Source of the DNA: Dehalococcoidia bacterium
Lineage (GTDB): Bacteria > Chloroflexota > Dehalococcoidia > Lucifugimonadales > UBA1127
Length of the DNA: 64,000 nucleotides
NCBI GenBank assembly: GCA_965249315.1
Contig: OZ252225.1
Coordinates: 1,574,814-1,638,813, forward strand
Reading direction: 5' to 3'
In this document: one piece after another, positions 39,344-51,336 of the stretch
How positions within the stretch are numbered: position 1 is the first letter of the stretch
Layout of the letters: every line of letters begins with the position of its first letter
Notes under the pieces: model-generated
Databases searched by the model: none
What the model was told of the DNA's origin: nothing
What the model saw: the letters and a program-made list of their open reading frames with translations, nothing else
Program-made: the position numbers and the translations under genes

Positions 39344-40480
39344 CTACAGCCCGATGGCTCGGGCCAGCGCCTCCCGATGGAAGTCCGTGTCGCCGTACAG
39401 CAGCTCCCCCGCCTTCACTCGGCGGGTGAACAGCTGGAGGTCGTACTCGCTCGTGAAGCCTATCGCCCCGTGGCACTGGTGCGCCAGTGCGCAGACTCGC
39501 CGGGCGGCGTCGCTCACCCACGCCTTCGCCGCGGCCACCTCCCCCGCCCCGTTCTGCCCCGTCGACACGCTCCACGCAGCCTGGTGCGAGATGTACCGCG
39601 CCGACTCCACGTCCACGGCCATGTTCGCGCAGTGGTGCTGCACCGCCTGGAAGCTCCCCACCGGCCGCCCGAACTGCACCCGGTCCTTCACGTACGCCAC
39701 CGTCATCTCCAGCACCCGCTCGATGGCGCCCAGCATCTCGAAGCACTTCGCCACCGCCGCCCGCTGCAGCGCCCTCTCGACCAGCGCCCAGCCCTCGCCT
39801 TCCTCCCCCACCACGTCCTTCGACGTCACCTTGACGTTGCGGAAGCTCACCTCGCTCAGGCGCTCCGCCGACAGGTTCGGCAGCGGGGTCACGCTGACCC
39901 CCGGGGCGTCGGTGGGCACCAGCAGCAGGGTGATCCCCCGCTCCGGGTTGACGGCCTTGCGGGTCCGTGCCGCCACCACCAGCAGGTCCGACACGTGCGC
40001 GTTCTGCACGAACAGCTTGGTCCCGTTCAGCTGGTACTCGCCCCCTCGGCGAATGGCCCGCGCCGACTGCACTCCGCCCGCCGTCCAGTCCCCACTCGCC
40101 TCCGTCAACGCCAGCGTGGCGATCAGCTCTCCGCGGGCCAGCATCGGGAGGATGTCCCGACGCTGCTCCGGCGAGCCGCCTTCCAGCACGGTGAGCCCTG
40201 CGAGCACCAGAGTCGAGAAGAAGGGGCCTGGGAACAGCGCCCGGCCCATCTCTTCCACAATCAGGCACAGGTCGAAGAAGTCCCCGCCCGTCCCCTGCAA
40301 CTCCTCCGGCAGCGCCAGCCCCGTCCACCCCAGCGACGCGATCTTGCGCCACGCCTCCAGGGTGTACCCCCGGTCGTCGCCCTCCACCTGCCGAACGTAG
40401 GAGAGGGGGCACTCCCGCTCCAGGAACTCGCGGGCGCCCGTCTTGAGCATCTGCTGGGTTTCGGTCAGACCGCGGTCCAT
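39344..40480 (-). CDS. Acyl-CoA dehydrogenase family protein
   Basis: 378 aa with ACAD N, middle and C domain architecture and the typical C-terminal YEGT-like region (LYGDTD). Confidence 0.85.
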   Translation of the reverse strand: MDRGLTETQQMLKTGAREFLERECPLSYVRQVEGDDRGYTLEAWRKIASLGWTGLALPEELQGTGGDFFDLCLIVEEMGRALFPGPFFSTLVLAGLTVLEGGSPEQRRDILPMLARGELIATLALTEASGDWTAGGVQSARAIRRGGEYQLNGTKLFVQNAHVSDLLVVAARTRKAVNPERGITLLLVPTDAPGVSVTPLPNLSAERLSEVSFRNVKVTSKDVVGEEGEGWALVERALQRAAVAKCFEMLGAIERVLEMTVAYVKDRVQFGRPVGSFQAVQHHCANMAVDVESARYISHQAAWSVSTGQNGAGEVAAAKAWVSDAARRVCALAHQCHGAIGFTSEYDLQLFTRRVKAGELLYGDTDFHREALARAIGL

Positions 40481-40512
40481 CGCTAGACTCTACTCCGTTG
40501 GGATGCGCCCCC

Positions 40513-41706
40513 CTAGCCGCGGGGGAGGCCGAGGCCCCGGGTGGCAATGATGTTGCGCTGGATCTCCGAGGTGCCCGCGGCGATCGTCGCGCTGAAGGCG
40601 GAGAGCCAGTTGCGTGCGATGCTCCCCTGGCTTGGCGCCCAGGAAGAGCCCGGCAGGAGGAGCCCGTAGAGGCCCAGCATCTGCATCGCCAGGCCGTAGA
40701 GGTGCTGCATCATCTCCGTGCTGAACACCTTGACGATGGACGCCTCCTTGTTGGGCACCTGCCCCTGGCTCTGCATCCAGGCCACGTTGTAGCACATGTG
40801 GCGGCACGCCTCGATCTCCGCTGCCATGGCGCCCAGCCTGTTGCGGTACACGGGGTCCTGGGCCAGCGCCGCGCCGTTGGGGCGTCGTTCCTTGGCCAGC
40901 GCCACCAAGTCCTTCAGCACCCGGCGGGCCCGCGCGGGGCGTTGCACGCCCGACCGCTCGAAGTCCAGGAGCGTGGCGCCGTAGTACCAGCCGCGGTTCT
41001 CCTCGCCCACCAGGTTCCGGCGGGGCACGCGGACGTTCTCCAGCACCACCTCGTTGAAGCCCTGGATGCCGGCCATGTTGCGAATGGGGTGCACCGTTAT
41101 GCCCGCGCTCTTCATGTCCGCGAGCAGGAAGCTGATGCCCCGATGCTTGGGCGCCTCCGGGTCTGTGCGGGCCAGGAAGAAGATCCAGTCGGACCGCTGC
41201 GCGCCGGAGGTCCAGATCTTCGCACCGTTGACCAGGTAGTCGTCGCCGTCCTCCACGGCCCGGGTCTGCAGCGACGCCAAGTCGGAGCCGGAGCCCGGCT
41301 CCGAGTACCCCTGGCACCACTCCACCTCCGCCCGGGCGATGCGCGGCAGGTGTTCCCGCTTCTGCTCCTCCGAGCCGTAGAGCATCAGCGTGGGGCCCAG
41401 CATGGACACGCCCGCGCCGCCGCCTCCCGGCGCCCCCTGGTAGGCCATCTCCTCGTTGAAGATGAGCTGCTTCATGTGGCTGGCGCCGATGCCCCCGTAC
41501 TCCTGGGGCCAGGCGAGCGTCAGCCAGCCTTTCTCTGCGAGCCTGCGGCGCATCTTTTGGCCCAGGCTCTGCACTCCCGGCTTGTTCCGCTCCGCCTCCT
41601 CGTCGTACCAGTCGCCGCCGGCCCAGTTCCGCGGCAGCTCCCTCTTCAAGAAGGCGCGGACTTCCGCCTGAAAGGCCATCTCCTCCGCGCTGAACTGCAG
41701 GTCCAC
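40513..41706 (-). CDS. Acyl-CoA dehydrogenase family protein
   Basis: 397 aa. WCQGYSEPGSGSDLASL and GTSEIQRNIIA are ACAD hallmarks. Confidence 0.85.
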   Translation of the reverse strand: MDLQFSAEEMAFQAEVRAFLKRELPRNWAGGDWYDEEAERNKPGVQSLGQKMRRRLAEKGWLTLAWPQEYGGIGASHMKQLIFNEEMAYQGAPGGGGAGVSMLGPTLMLYGSEEQKREHLPRIARAEVEWCQGYSEPGSGSDLASLQTRAVEDGDDYLVNGAKIWTSGAQRSDWIFFLARTDPEAPKHRGISFLLADMKSAGITVHPIRNMAGIQGFNEVVLENVRVPRRNLVGEENRGWYYGATLLDFERSGVQRPARARRVLKDLVALAKERRPNGAALAQDPVYRNRLGAMAAEIEACRHMCYNVAWMQSQGQVPNKEASIVKVFSTEMMQHLYGLAMQMLGLYGLLLPGSSWAPSQGSIARNWLSAFSATIAAGTSEIQRNIIATRGLGLPRG

Positions 41707-41738
41707 GCTACCCCACCTCTCGCACCACTCAGACGGAG

Positions 41739-41978
41739 CTAGCTACGGCCGATGGCCAGGCAGGTTACGGTCCGCAGGACGCCGGTGATCGTGTGGACGT
41801 GGCTGGTCACCAGCTCACCGATAGAGTTCAGGTCCTCGGCCTCTATCACCGTGATGATGTCGTAGGGGCCGGTCACCATGTCCACTTCGGTCGTGCCGCT
41901 GATGCCCTGCAGGGCAGTGGCGACCTCCCGGTTCTTGCCCACCGCAGTCTCGATGAGAATGTACGCTCTGGTGGTCAT
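41739..41978 (-). CDS. Small Lrp/AsnC ligand-binding-domain (RAM) protein
   Basis: MTTRAYILIETAVGKNREVATAL...VDMVTGPYDIITVIEAEDL is the stand-alone AsnC_trans_reg pattern. The maximal ORF reaches 42050. Confidence 0.7.
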   Translation of the reverse strand: MTTRAYILIETAVGKNREVATALQGISGTTEVDMVTGPYDIITVIEAEDLNSIGELVTSHVHTITGVLRTVTCLAIGRS

Positions 41979-42127
41979 TCGTCCTCCTCCCCCGTCTGGC
42001 GGCGGGCCCGTCCGCACTCCCCGACACGAACGCGCAGACCCCCTCGTCAAGCCCTCGCCGGTGCGCAGAGTTTACGGGCCGCATCTTCACCCTGTCAAAC
42101 GGAACACATGGACAGGCGTCCTATAAT

Positions 42128-43438
42128 GTGCCGGTGCTCCCAACGGAGCAGTGGGAGGCGTTCGTGAGACAACCGCGCCGGCGTTCTCGAGCCTTTCCCC
42201 GCGTCTTCTACGGCTGGCGGGTCGTCGCCGCCGGGTTCATCGTCAACGCCACGAGCAACGGCATCTACGGCAGCGCCGCCACCATCTTCCTGCTGCCCCT
42301 GAGTCGGGAGCTAGCCGCCAGCCGCGGCGCCACCGCGCTGGTCTTCTCCCTGGCCCGTGCCCTGGGCACCGTGATTGGCCCCGTGGCCGGCTACCTGGTC
42401 GACCGATGGGGTCCGCGCCGCATGGTGGTGGCGGGAGCTCTGCTGGTGGGAGTGGGCTACCTGGTCCTCTCCCGGGTCGACAACTACACCGAGCTGCTCG
42501 TGGCCTATGTCGGCATCATCGCCCTGGGCCACAACCTCGGCTTCATGCACTCCGTCATGGCCGTGGTCAACAGCTGGTTCGTGCAGCGTCGGGCGATGGC
42601 CATGGCCGTCGTCGGCACCGCGTTCGGCGTTGGCGGGTCCGTGCTGGCCCCGCTGCTTGGCGTCGCCGTCGAATTCTGGGGCTGGCGTTGGGCCGCCATC
42701 CTGGCGGGGGCTATGGTGACCGCCTTGGTCCTGCCCGCCTCGGTGTTCCTGCACGCCTCCCCCGAGAGCATGGGCCTCAGCCCCGATGGCGACCGGCCGC
42801 CGCCGGACCCCTCCCGCACCTCCCCGTCGAGGCCCCGTGCCACCGACGTCGACTTCACGGCGCGGCAGGCCTACCGCACCGTCTCCTTCTGGGTCCTCCT
42901 CGTTGCGACCACCCTCCGTTTGGCCGTCAACACCACCGTCTCCCTCCACTTCATCCCAATAATGGTCTGGAAGGGTGCCAGCCCGGTGGAGGCCGCCTTC
43001 CTTCTCGGCGCCCTTGGCGCACTCAACATCCCCCTGCGGCTCATCCTGGGCCTCCTGGGCGACGTCTGGTCCATGTCCGCCGTCATGGCCACCAGCCTGG
43101 TGGTGGGAGCGGGAGCCCTGGTCTACCTCTCCACGGGAGGCGGCGGCTGGCAGCTCTGGCTCTTCCTCCTCCTCTACGCCCTTCCCGACGCCACGGGCAC
43201 GATGAACTGGGCCATCATTGGCGACTTCTACGGTCGAAGGAGCTTCGGCACCATTCGGGGCGCCATGAGCTTCTTCTACGGCTGGGGCGGCGTCGTGCTG
43301 CCCGTCGTCGCCGGGACCCTGTACGACCGCAGCGGCAGCTACGAGACGACCCTGCTGATCATGGCCGGCCTGTGGGCCTTCGGCGCAGTCGTCTTCGCCT
43401 TCCTCCGCAGGCCGGACGCCGCCGCAGCCGGCCGGTAA
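42128..43438 (+). CDS. MFS transporter
   Basis: 12 TM-like segments, a D-R-x-G-R-R-like loop (LVDRWGPRRM) and a GTG start. Confidence 0.8.
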   Translation: MPVLPTEQWEAFVRQPRRRSRAFPRVFYGWRVVAAGFIVNATSNGIYGSAATIFLLPLSRELAASRGATALVFSLARALGTVIGPVAGYLVDRWGPRRMVVAGALLVGVGYLVLSRVDNYTELLVAYVGIIALGHNLGFMHSVMAVVNSWFVQRRAMAMAVVGTAFGVGGSVLAPLLGVAVEFWGWRWAAILAGAMVTALVLPASVFLHASPESMGLSPDGDRPPPDPSRTSPSRPRATDVDFTARQAYRTVSFWVLLVATTLRLAVNTTVSLHFIPIMVWKGASPVEAAFLLGALGALNIPLRLILGLLGDVWSMSAVMATSLVVGAGALVYLSTGGGGWQLWLFLLLYALPDATGTMNWAIIGDFYGRRSFGTIRGAMSFFYGWGGVVLPVVAGTLYDRSGSYETTLLIMAGLWAFGAVVFAFLRRPDAAAAGR

Positions 43439-43449
43439 CCCTCGCCATC

Positions 43450-43930
43450 CCCGCCGCGGCGAGTCGATTCGATCCGTTTCGTTTTGCGCGTTTTCCCCCC
43501 CGCCTCGGTGCCTGGGGCGGCGCGGCGCAGCTACGGGACTGGAATCGCGCCAAAATCGGGGCAGCTTGGATTCGTCTGTTCGTGCGGCCATTGGAGTCGC
43601 GAGGCCAGCTTGGACGAATGCGACGGGTCGCGGGTTGGATTCGCGTGGCCCAGATAGGAAACGAACGCTGCGGAGGGGGAGCGCAAAACGAGTCGCAGAT
43701 AGGAGAGAAGGGCCCTGGAGGGGGTGTGCAAAACGAATTCCAGGCAGGGCAAGCCCTGCACCCTCAGGCGGCCAGCCGCGTAAGCCGACGACGCTTGGAC
43801 GACGGCAGCTGTTGGAGCGGAGGGGCGAGAGGTGTGGCGTGGTGGGGGGCGTATGGGTGTGCATGGGGGTAGGGTAGGGGATGGGGGAGGTGAGGGGACA
43901 GGGGGAGATGGCAGTGCGGCGTGGTTGACC
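43450..43930 (-). repeat. Right arm of the ~450-bp imperfect inverted repeat
   Basis: The reverse complement aligns with 38690-39120. Cores are 43857-43881, 43742-43763 and 43509-43532. Confidence 0.75.
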
Positions 43931-43941
43931 GGCTTCCAAGT

Positions 43942-43964
43942 CATGTGTATGTTACATACACATG
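43942..43964. promoter_or_regulatory. 23-bp perfect palindrome; candidate VapB operator
   Basis: CATGTGTATGT-T-ACATACACATG lies 10-25 nt upstream of the antitoxin start. Confidence 0.5.
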
Positions 43965-43974
43965 CTTATGACGA

Positions 43975-44265
43975 ATGGTGGAGGTCAGGATGGCCAGGGT
44001 CCAGCTTGTAATCCCCGATGAGGACCGAGATCGTTTTGTCCACCAGGCGCGTCGAGAGGGAATGACCTTGAGCGCGTGGCTGAGGACCGCTGCCCGCGAG
44101 CGCCTCGAGGCACGCCGGCGCGTCCAGATGTTCGAGTCCCCGGAAGACGTCGAGGAGTTCTTCCGGTCATGCGCCGCACTGGACGGTCCGGAGATGGAGC
44201 CCGACTGGAGCGAGCACCTGCGTGTCATGAGCGAGTCGCGCGCAAGAGGGCTGACTACAACATGA
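43975..44265 (+). CDS. vapB: Ribbon-helix-helix (CopG/VapB-type) antitoxin
   Basis: VQLVIPDEDRDRFVHQARREGMTLSAWLR is an RHH motif. There is an ATGA overlap with the toxin. The start may be ATG 43990. Confidence 0.75.
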   Translation: MVEVRMARVQLVIPDEDRDRFVHQARREGMTLSAWLRTAARERLEARRRVQMFESPEDVEEFFRSCAALDGPEMEPDWSEHLRVMSESRARGLTTT

Positions 44266-44645
44266 TCTTTGTCGACACCAACGTCTTCATGTACGCGGTA
44301 GGACGCCCTCACGAACTCCAGGAGCCCGCACAGCAGTTCTTCGTCGAAGCCAACCGAAGCGGTATGTCCCTGTGTACTTCGGCAGAGGTCATGCAGGAAC
44401 TGGCCCATGCATATCTGCCTACTGGAAGGCTGCAAACGTTTGACGCAGCGTTAGGCCTGATTACGAGGGCCGCAGTTGAGGTCTGGCCGTTGGAGGAGGC
44501 GGACGTGACCCTGGCCAGGCGTCTTCATGAGCACTATCCCACTTTGCAAGCCCGGGACCTTTGCCATCTCGCCAGCTGCCGCAGGCGCGGTGTACGCGAG
44601 ATCAAGACCTTCGACCACGCCCTCGGCGGAGCCGTCACGCGGTAG
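44262..44645 (+). CDS. vapC: PIN-domain toxin VapC
   Basis: MIFVDTNVFMYAV...TSAEVMQEL...ARDLCHLA carries the PIN acidic residues in canonical positions. Confidence 0.8.
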   Translation: MIFVDTNVFMYAVGRPHELQEPAQQFFVEANRSGMSLCTSAEVMQELAHAYLPTGRLQTFDAALGLITRAAVEVWPLEEADVTLARRLHEHYPTLQARDLCHLASCRRRGVREIKTFDHALGGAVTR

Positions 44646-44715
44646 AGGCGCGGCCCCAGACCTCCGCCTCCTCACTCATGCCCCCTCCCTTTGGGCGGCG
44701 AGCCGCCCGCCGGGT

Positions 44716-44744
44716 TTGAACTCGCCGTTGCGGGCCCCTATACT
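44716..44744 (+). promoter_or_regulatory. Candidate sigma-70-type promoter
   Basis: TTGAAC (44716-44721), a 17-nt spacer, then TATACT (44739-44744), about 30 nt upstream of the GTG 44776 start. Confidence 0.45.
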
Positions 44745-44775
44745 CCCTCACCATGCACGGTGACGTGAAGTCGCC

Positions 44776-46665
44776 GTGCGGGTAGGTGCGCTCCTGGCCC
44801 AGTCATACCTCGAACGACTCCTGGCCCCGCCCGTCCTCTGCGACGGCGCCATGGGTACCGAGCTCTACGCCCGCGGCGGCGTCTCCTTCGACCGCTGCCT
44901 GGACGAGCTCAACCTGGCCCGCCCCGAGCTGGTCCAGGAGGTCCACCTCGACTACATTCGCGCCGGCGCCGAGGTGCTGGAGACCAACACCTTTGGCGCC
45001 AACCGCATCCGCCTGGCGGCCCACCGGCTCGAGGACTCAGTGGACGAGATCAACCAGCGGGGCGTCGCCATCGCCCGGGAGGCCGTCCGACTCACGGGGC
45101 AGCAGGTGTGGGTCGCGGGCGCTGTCGGCCCCCTGGGACGGCCCATGGCCCCCCTGGGCCCCCTCTCCCGACGCCAGGTCAGGGACGCGTTCCAGGAGCA
45201 GACGGCCAGCCTTGCCGCCGCGGGCGCAGACCTCATCATCCTGGAGACCTTCGGCGACCTGGAGGAGCTGGCCCAGGCGGTCGAATCTGCCCGGGAGAGC
45301 TGCTCCCTTCCCCTCGTCGCGCAGGTGACCATCACGGAGGAGGGGCGCACCCCCGGGGGCGATACCCCGGCGGACATCGTCCGGACCCTGGAGGCCCTGG
45401 AAGTCGCCGTCATTGGCCTGAACTGCAGCGTCGGCCCCCAGACCATCCTGCGGGTCGTTCGAGAGATGGCCTCCCTCAGTCGGACCCCTCTCTCCGCGCT
45501 GCCCAACGCCGGCTTTCCGAGCTACGTCGGCGGGCGCTTCGCTTACCTCTCCTCGCCCGACTACATGGCCGAGTATGCCTGCAGCATGGTGGAGGCGGGG
45601 GTGGTCATGGTCGGGGGCTGCTGCGGCACCTCCCCGCTCCACGTCGAGCGCATGCGTGACGCCATCCGCCAGGTTTCGCCGCCGAGGGTCCGGGGCCGGC
45701 GGCGTCGGCCCGCTGTCGCGGCGCGCCCGGGGGCCCGCGAGCCCGCCGTGGTCCCTCCCACCTCCCTCCAACAGAAGCTGGGAAGCGGCTTCGCCGTGAC
45801 CGTGGAGGTCGCCCCTCCCCGGGGCTTCGACACCTCCCAGACCCTGGCTGCCCTCGCCAAGCTCCGCTCAGGCGGGCTGGTGGATGCGGTGAACGTCCCG
45901 GACAGCCCCATGGCCCGGGGCCGGCTCAGCGCCTTGGTCATGGCCACCCTGGTCCAGAGCCGCTTGGGCATGGAGACCGTGCTGCACCTGGCAACCCGAC
46001 ACCGCAATCTCGTGGCCCTCCACTCCGAGCTCCTGGGGGCCTACGCCCTCGGGGTCCGCAACGTCTTCGTGGTCATGGGCGACATGCCCGGCATCGGCGA
46101 CTACCCCGACGCTACCGCCGTCTCCGACATCACCACCTCGGGCCTCATCCGTCTCATGGACAGCTTCAACCAGGGCGTCGACCTGGCGGGCAGGCCGTTG
46201 GAGCAGTCCACCGCCTTCCACATTGGCTGCGCGCTCAACATGGCCGCGGTGGACCAGGACCGGGAGATGCGCGTGCTGGAGCGCAAGGTGAAGGCCGGCG
46301 CACACTTCCTGCTGACCCAAGCGGTCTACAGCCCTGAGCTCGTCGAGTCGTGGCGGCGAAGGTTGGGCGGGTTCCCCGTCCCCGTGCTCATGGGCGTCCT
46401 TCCGCTGCGCAGCCTGCGCCACGCCGAGTTCCTCCACAACGAGGTCCCGGGCATCGTCGTGCCCGACGAGGCCATGGCCCGCCTGCGAGAAGCCGGCGAC
46501 CGGGCCTCGGAGGTTGGCATCACCATGACGAAGGAGCTGCTGCAGGCGGTCCACAGCCAGGTCGCCGGCGTCTACATGATCCCCCCCGCCGGCCGCTACG
46601 ACCCTCTGGTGGAGGTGCTGGAGTGGCTCCGCACCGCGGTAGTGCCCGCCAGCGGGCCGGGGTGA
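44776..46665 (+). CDS. Bifunctional homocysteine S-methyltransferase / 5,10-methylenetetrahydrofolate reductase (YitJ-like)
   Basis: An N-terminal Hcy-binding domain (DGAMGTEL...GGCCGTSP) is fused to a MetF TIM barrel (NVPDSPMAR...). Confidence 0.85.
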   Translation: MRVGALLAQSYLERLLAPPVLCDGAMGTELYARGGVSFDRCLDELNLARPELVQEVHLDYIRAGAEVLETNTFGANRIRLAAHRLEDSVDEINQRGVAIAREAVRLTGQQVWVAGAVGPLGRPMAPLGPLSRRQVRDAFQEQTASLAAAGADLIILETFGDLEELAQAVESARESCSLPLVAQVTITEEGRTPGGDTPADIVRTLEALEVAVIGLNCSVGPQTILRVVREMASLSRTPLSALPNAGFPSYVGGRFAYLSSPDYMAEYACSMVEAGVVMVGGCCGTSPLHVERMRDAIRQVSPPRVRGRRRRPAVAARPGAREPAVVPPTSLQQKLGSGFAVTVEVAPPRGFDTSQTLAALAKLRSGGLVDAVNVPDSPMARGRLSALVMATLVQSRLGMETVLHLATRHRNLVALHSELLGAYALGVRNVFVVMGDMPGIGDYPDATAVSDITTSGLIRLMDSFNQGVDLAGRPLEQSTAFHIGCALNMAAVDQDREMRVLERKVKAGAHFLLTQAVYSPELVESWRRRLGGFPVPVLMGVLPLRSLRHAEFLHNEVPGIVVPDEAMARLREAGDRASEVGITMTKELLQAVHSQVAGVYMIPPAGRYDPLVEVLEWLRTAVVPASGPG

Positions 46666-46674
46666 GGGCTGCCT

Positions 46675-46947
46675 CTATCGCTTCTCGTACAGTCGGCCGG
46701 ACAGGTACTTGTGGATGACGCTCGATAGCAGCGTCTGGTAGGGGAGGCCTTCTTCCCTGGCCCGCGCATGAGCGAGATTGAAGTCGCGCTCGGTGACCCG
46801 TAGGTTTATCCGCTTGGTCTTGTTGAAGGTGTTGCGGGCTGCCTGGCGAGCCAGATGGGTCTCACGCTCAGCATCCGGGACTGTGCGTAGCTCTCCCCCG
46901 CTCGAACCGGTCCAGGATGTCGCGCTCTTCTCCGCTCCTCTCGTCCT

Positions 46948-46954
<7 letters not shown>
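46675..46954 (-). pseudogene. BrnA-type (CopG-like) antitoxin gene, frameshifted
   Basis: MVKDERSGEERDILDRFERG | ELRTVPDAERETHLARQAARNTFNKTKRINLRVTERDFNLAHARAREEGLPYQTLLSSVIHKYLSGRLYEKR* is split by one extra nucleotide in the C5 run at 46895-46899. Confidence 0.7.
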
Positions 46955-49237
<2,283 letters not shown>

Positions 49238-49518
49238 CTATTATAGCCCCGACCCATGCCTGCGACGGCGTTGTCGGAGGCTGCGGTCGGACACAGCCCG
49301 CCGGCGCACCGAGCACTGTTTCAGAACTGCGGGAATCTCCCGCCCGGAGGGCGCATCGTCCCCTCTCTACTTAGTAGAACGTTGGGATGACGGCTGAGGT
49401 TGGGATCACCCCTTGCGTTTGCAGCCTCCCACGCCCGCACGTATACTTACCGCACCTGCCGAGCACCCTTCCAGGCGGGCCGCCTCGCCCTCGAGACGCG
49501 GAGTCTAGGAGAGCCCCT

Positions 49519-51312
49519 GTGTGCGGAATCGTCGGCTACGTTGGCCCCGGGGAGGCCCGGACCGTCCTCCTCAACGCCCTCCACCGCGTCGAGTACCGCG
49601 GCTACGACTCCTGTGGGATCGCCATCCGCAACGGTGAAGGCTTCCACGTCTTCAAGGACACCGGCTTCGTGGAGGAGCTCCAGCGCAAGGTCCCGCCCCT
49701 GGAGGGCACCCTCGGCATCGGCCACACCCGCTGGGCCACCGTGGGCGCCCCCTCCGAGAGCAACGCCCACCCCCACCTGGACTGCAGCGGGGCCATCGCC
49801 ATCGTCCATAACGGGGACATCGACAACTACTACGAGCTTCGGCAGCAGCTTCAGGACCGGGGCCACCGGATGCGGTCGGAGACGGACAGCGAGGTCCTGG
49901 CCCACCTCATCGAGGCGCATTGCGACGGAGACCTCCGGGCCGCTGTCGTGCGGGCCCTGCGGGAGGTCCGGGGCTCCTACGCCCTCCTGGCGATGAGCTC
50001 CACCAGCGACGTCCTGGTGGCGGCCCGGCGGGAGAACCCCCTCGTGGTCGGCATGGGGTCTCGGGAGGGCGTCGTCGCCTCCGACGTTCCCGCCCTGCTC
50101 GAGACCACCGAGAGCGTGGCTTACCTGGAGGACGGCGACCTCGCGACCATCGGCGCGGACGGGCTGCAGGTGTGGCACGACGAGACGCCTGCCGTTCGCA
50201 GGGTGCACCAGGTGAGCTGGAGCCTTCAGGACCTGGACAAGGCGGGCTACGACCACTACTTCCTCAAGGAGGTCCACGAGCAACCCCACGTCATTCGAGA
50301 CACGCTGGCTGGGAAAGTGTTGGCCGATGAGCCCCGGGTCGACGTGGGCGTGCCCCTCCCCCCGGAGCCTCCCGAAAGCATCCTCTTCGCCGCCTGCGGG
50401 ACCGCCTACTATGCGGGCCTAGCGGGCGCGGACTTCCTGGCCGCCCTCGGCGGGTGCCCCACGACCGTCCGGGTGGCCTCCGAGTTGGAGGGCGTGCCGC
50501 CGCCTCCTGGGCGAAACGCGTGGGCCGTATTCATCACCCAGTCGGGCGAGACGGCCGACACCATCTCGGCGGCCCGGGCCGCCCGCGACGCCGGCTATCG
50601 GACCCTCGCGCTCACCAACAGCCCGGACAGCAGCATCACGCGGGTGGTCCAGCAGTCCCTGTACACGGAGGCGGGGCCGGAGGTCAGCGTGGCTGCCTCC
50701 AAGACCCTCATGGGCCAGCTCATCGCCCTGTACCTCCTCGGCCTCCAGCTGTACCCCCCTCCCGCGTCCGACCTCCAGCGTCTGCTGGCCGAGCTCCGCC
50801 TTCTGCCCGGCAAGGTACAGGGTGTCCTGGCCCTGGAGGAGCGGCTGTCGAGCGTTGCTCGGGGGATCGCCAGTCGAAACAGCGTCTTCCTCATCGCCAG
50901 GGGCGTGAGCCTGCCCGTCGCGATGGAAGGGGCGCTCAAGCTCAAGGAGCTGGCCTACGTCCACGCCGAGGCCTATCCCGCGGGCGAGCTCAAGCATGGC
51001 CCCTTCGCCCTGCTCAGCCAGGACGTGCCCGTCATCGCCCTCATGCCCCGGGACCGCACCTACGGGCGCCTGCTGAATACGATCAGGGAGATCAAGGCGA
51101 GGGGCTCACCAGTCATCGCCGTGACCGATGTCCAGGACCCGGAGGTCGCTGCCCTGGCGGACGATCTGGTAGAGCTCCCCTCCACCGAGGACGTATTCTC
51201 GCCCGTCCTCTCCACCGTGGCCCTCCAGCTGCTCGCCTACCACTGCGCCCGGGAGCGGGGCTGCCCCATCGACCGGCCCCGCCACCTGGCCAAGAGCGTC
51301 ACGGTCCACTAG
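49519..51312 (+). CDS. glmS: Glutamine--fructose-6-phosphate aminotransferase
   Basis: GTG 49519 after AGGAGA gives MCGIVGYVG (Ntn-Cys). Two SIS domains, C-terminal ...AKSVTVH. Confidence 0.95.
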   Translation: MCGIVGYVGPGEARTVLLNALHRVEYRGYDSCGIAIRNGEGFHVFKDTGFVEELQRKVPPLEGTLGIGHTRWATVGAPSESNAHPHLDCSGAIAIVHNGDIDNYYELRQQLQDRGHRMRSETDSEVLAHLIEAHCDGDLRAAVVRALREVRGSYALLAMSSTSDVLVAARRENPLVVGMGSREGVVASDVPALLETTESVAYLEDGDLATIGADGLQVWHDETPAVRRVHQVSWSLQDLDKAGYDHYFLKEVHEQPHVIRDTLAGKVLADEPRVDVGVPLPPEPPESILFAACGTAYYAGLAGADFLAALGGCPTTVRVASELEGVPPPPGRNAWAVFITQSGETADTISAARAARDAGYRTLALTNSPDSSITRVVQQSLYTEAGPEVSVAASKTLMGQLIALYLLGLQLYPPPASDLQRLLAELRLLPGKVQGVLALEERLSSVARGIASRNSVFLIARGVSLPVAMEGALKLKELAYVHAEAYPAGELKHGPFALLSQDVPVIALMPRDRTYGRLLNTIREIKARGSPVIAVTDVQDPEVAALADDLVELPSTEDVFSPVLSTVALQLLAYHCARERGCPIDRPRHLAKSVTVH

Positions 51313-51336
51313 GGCCGCTCCACCGGATATGACGAC

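Noticed and set aside
38635-39429. ORFs translating through the repeat regions: 38635..39429, 38673..39323, 38684..39139, 31650..31883, 43531..43944, 31139..31918.
   Set aside because: They lie entirely in dispersed or inverted repeats, are Pro/Arg/Gly-rich, exist in several overlapping frames at once, and have no RBS or family signal.
44646-44775. Possible SAM riboswitch upstream of the YitJ-like Hcy-MTase/MetF fusion, as in Bacillus.
   Set aside because: There is no S-box, SAM-II or SAM-IV consensus blocks. The spacing from the good TTGAAC/TATACT promoter to the start leaves only a ~30-nt leader.
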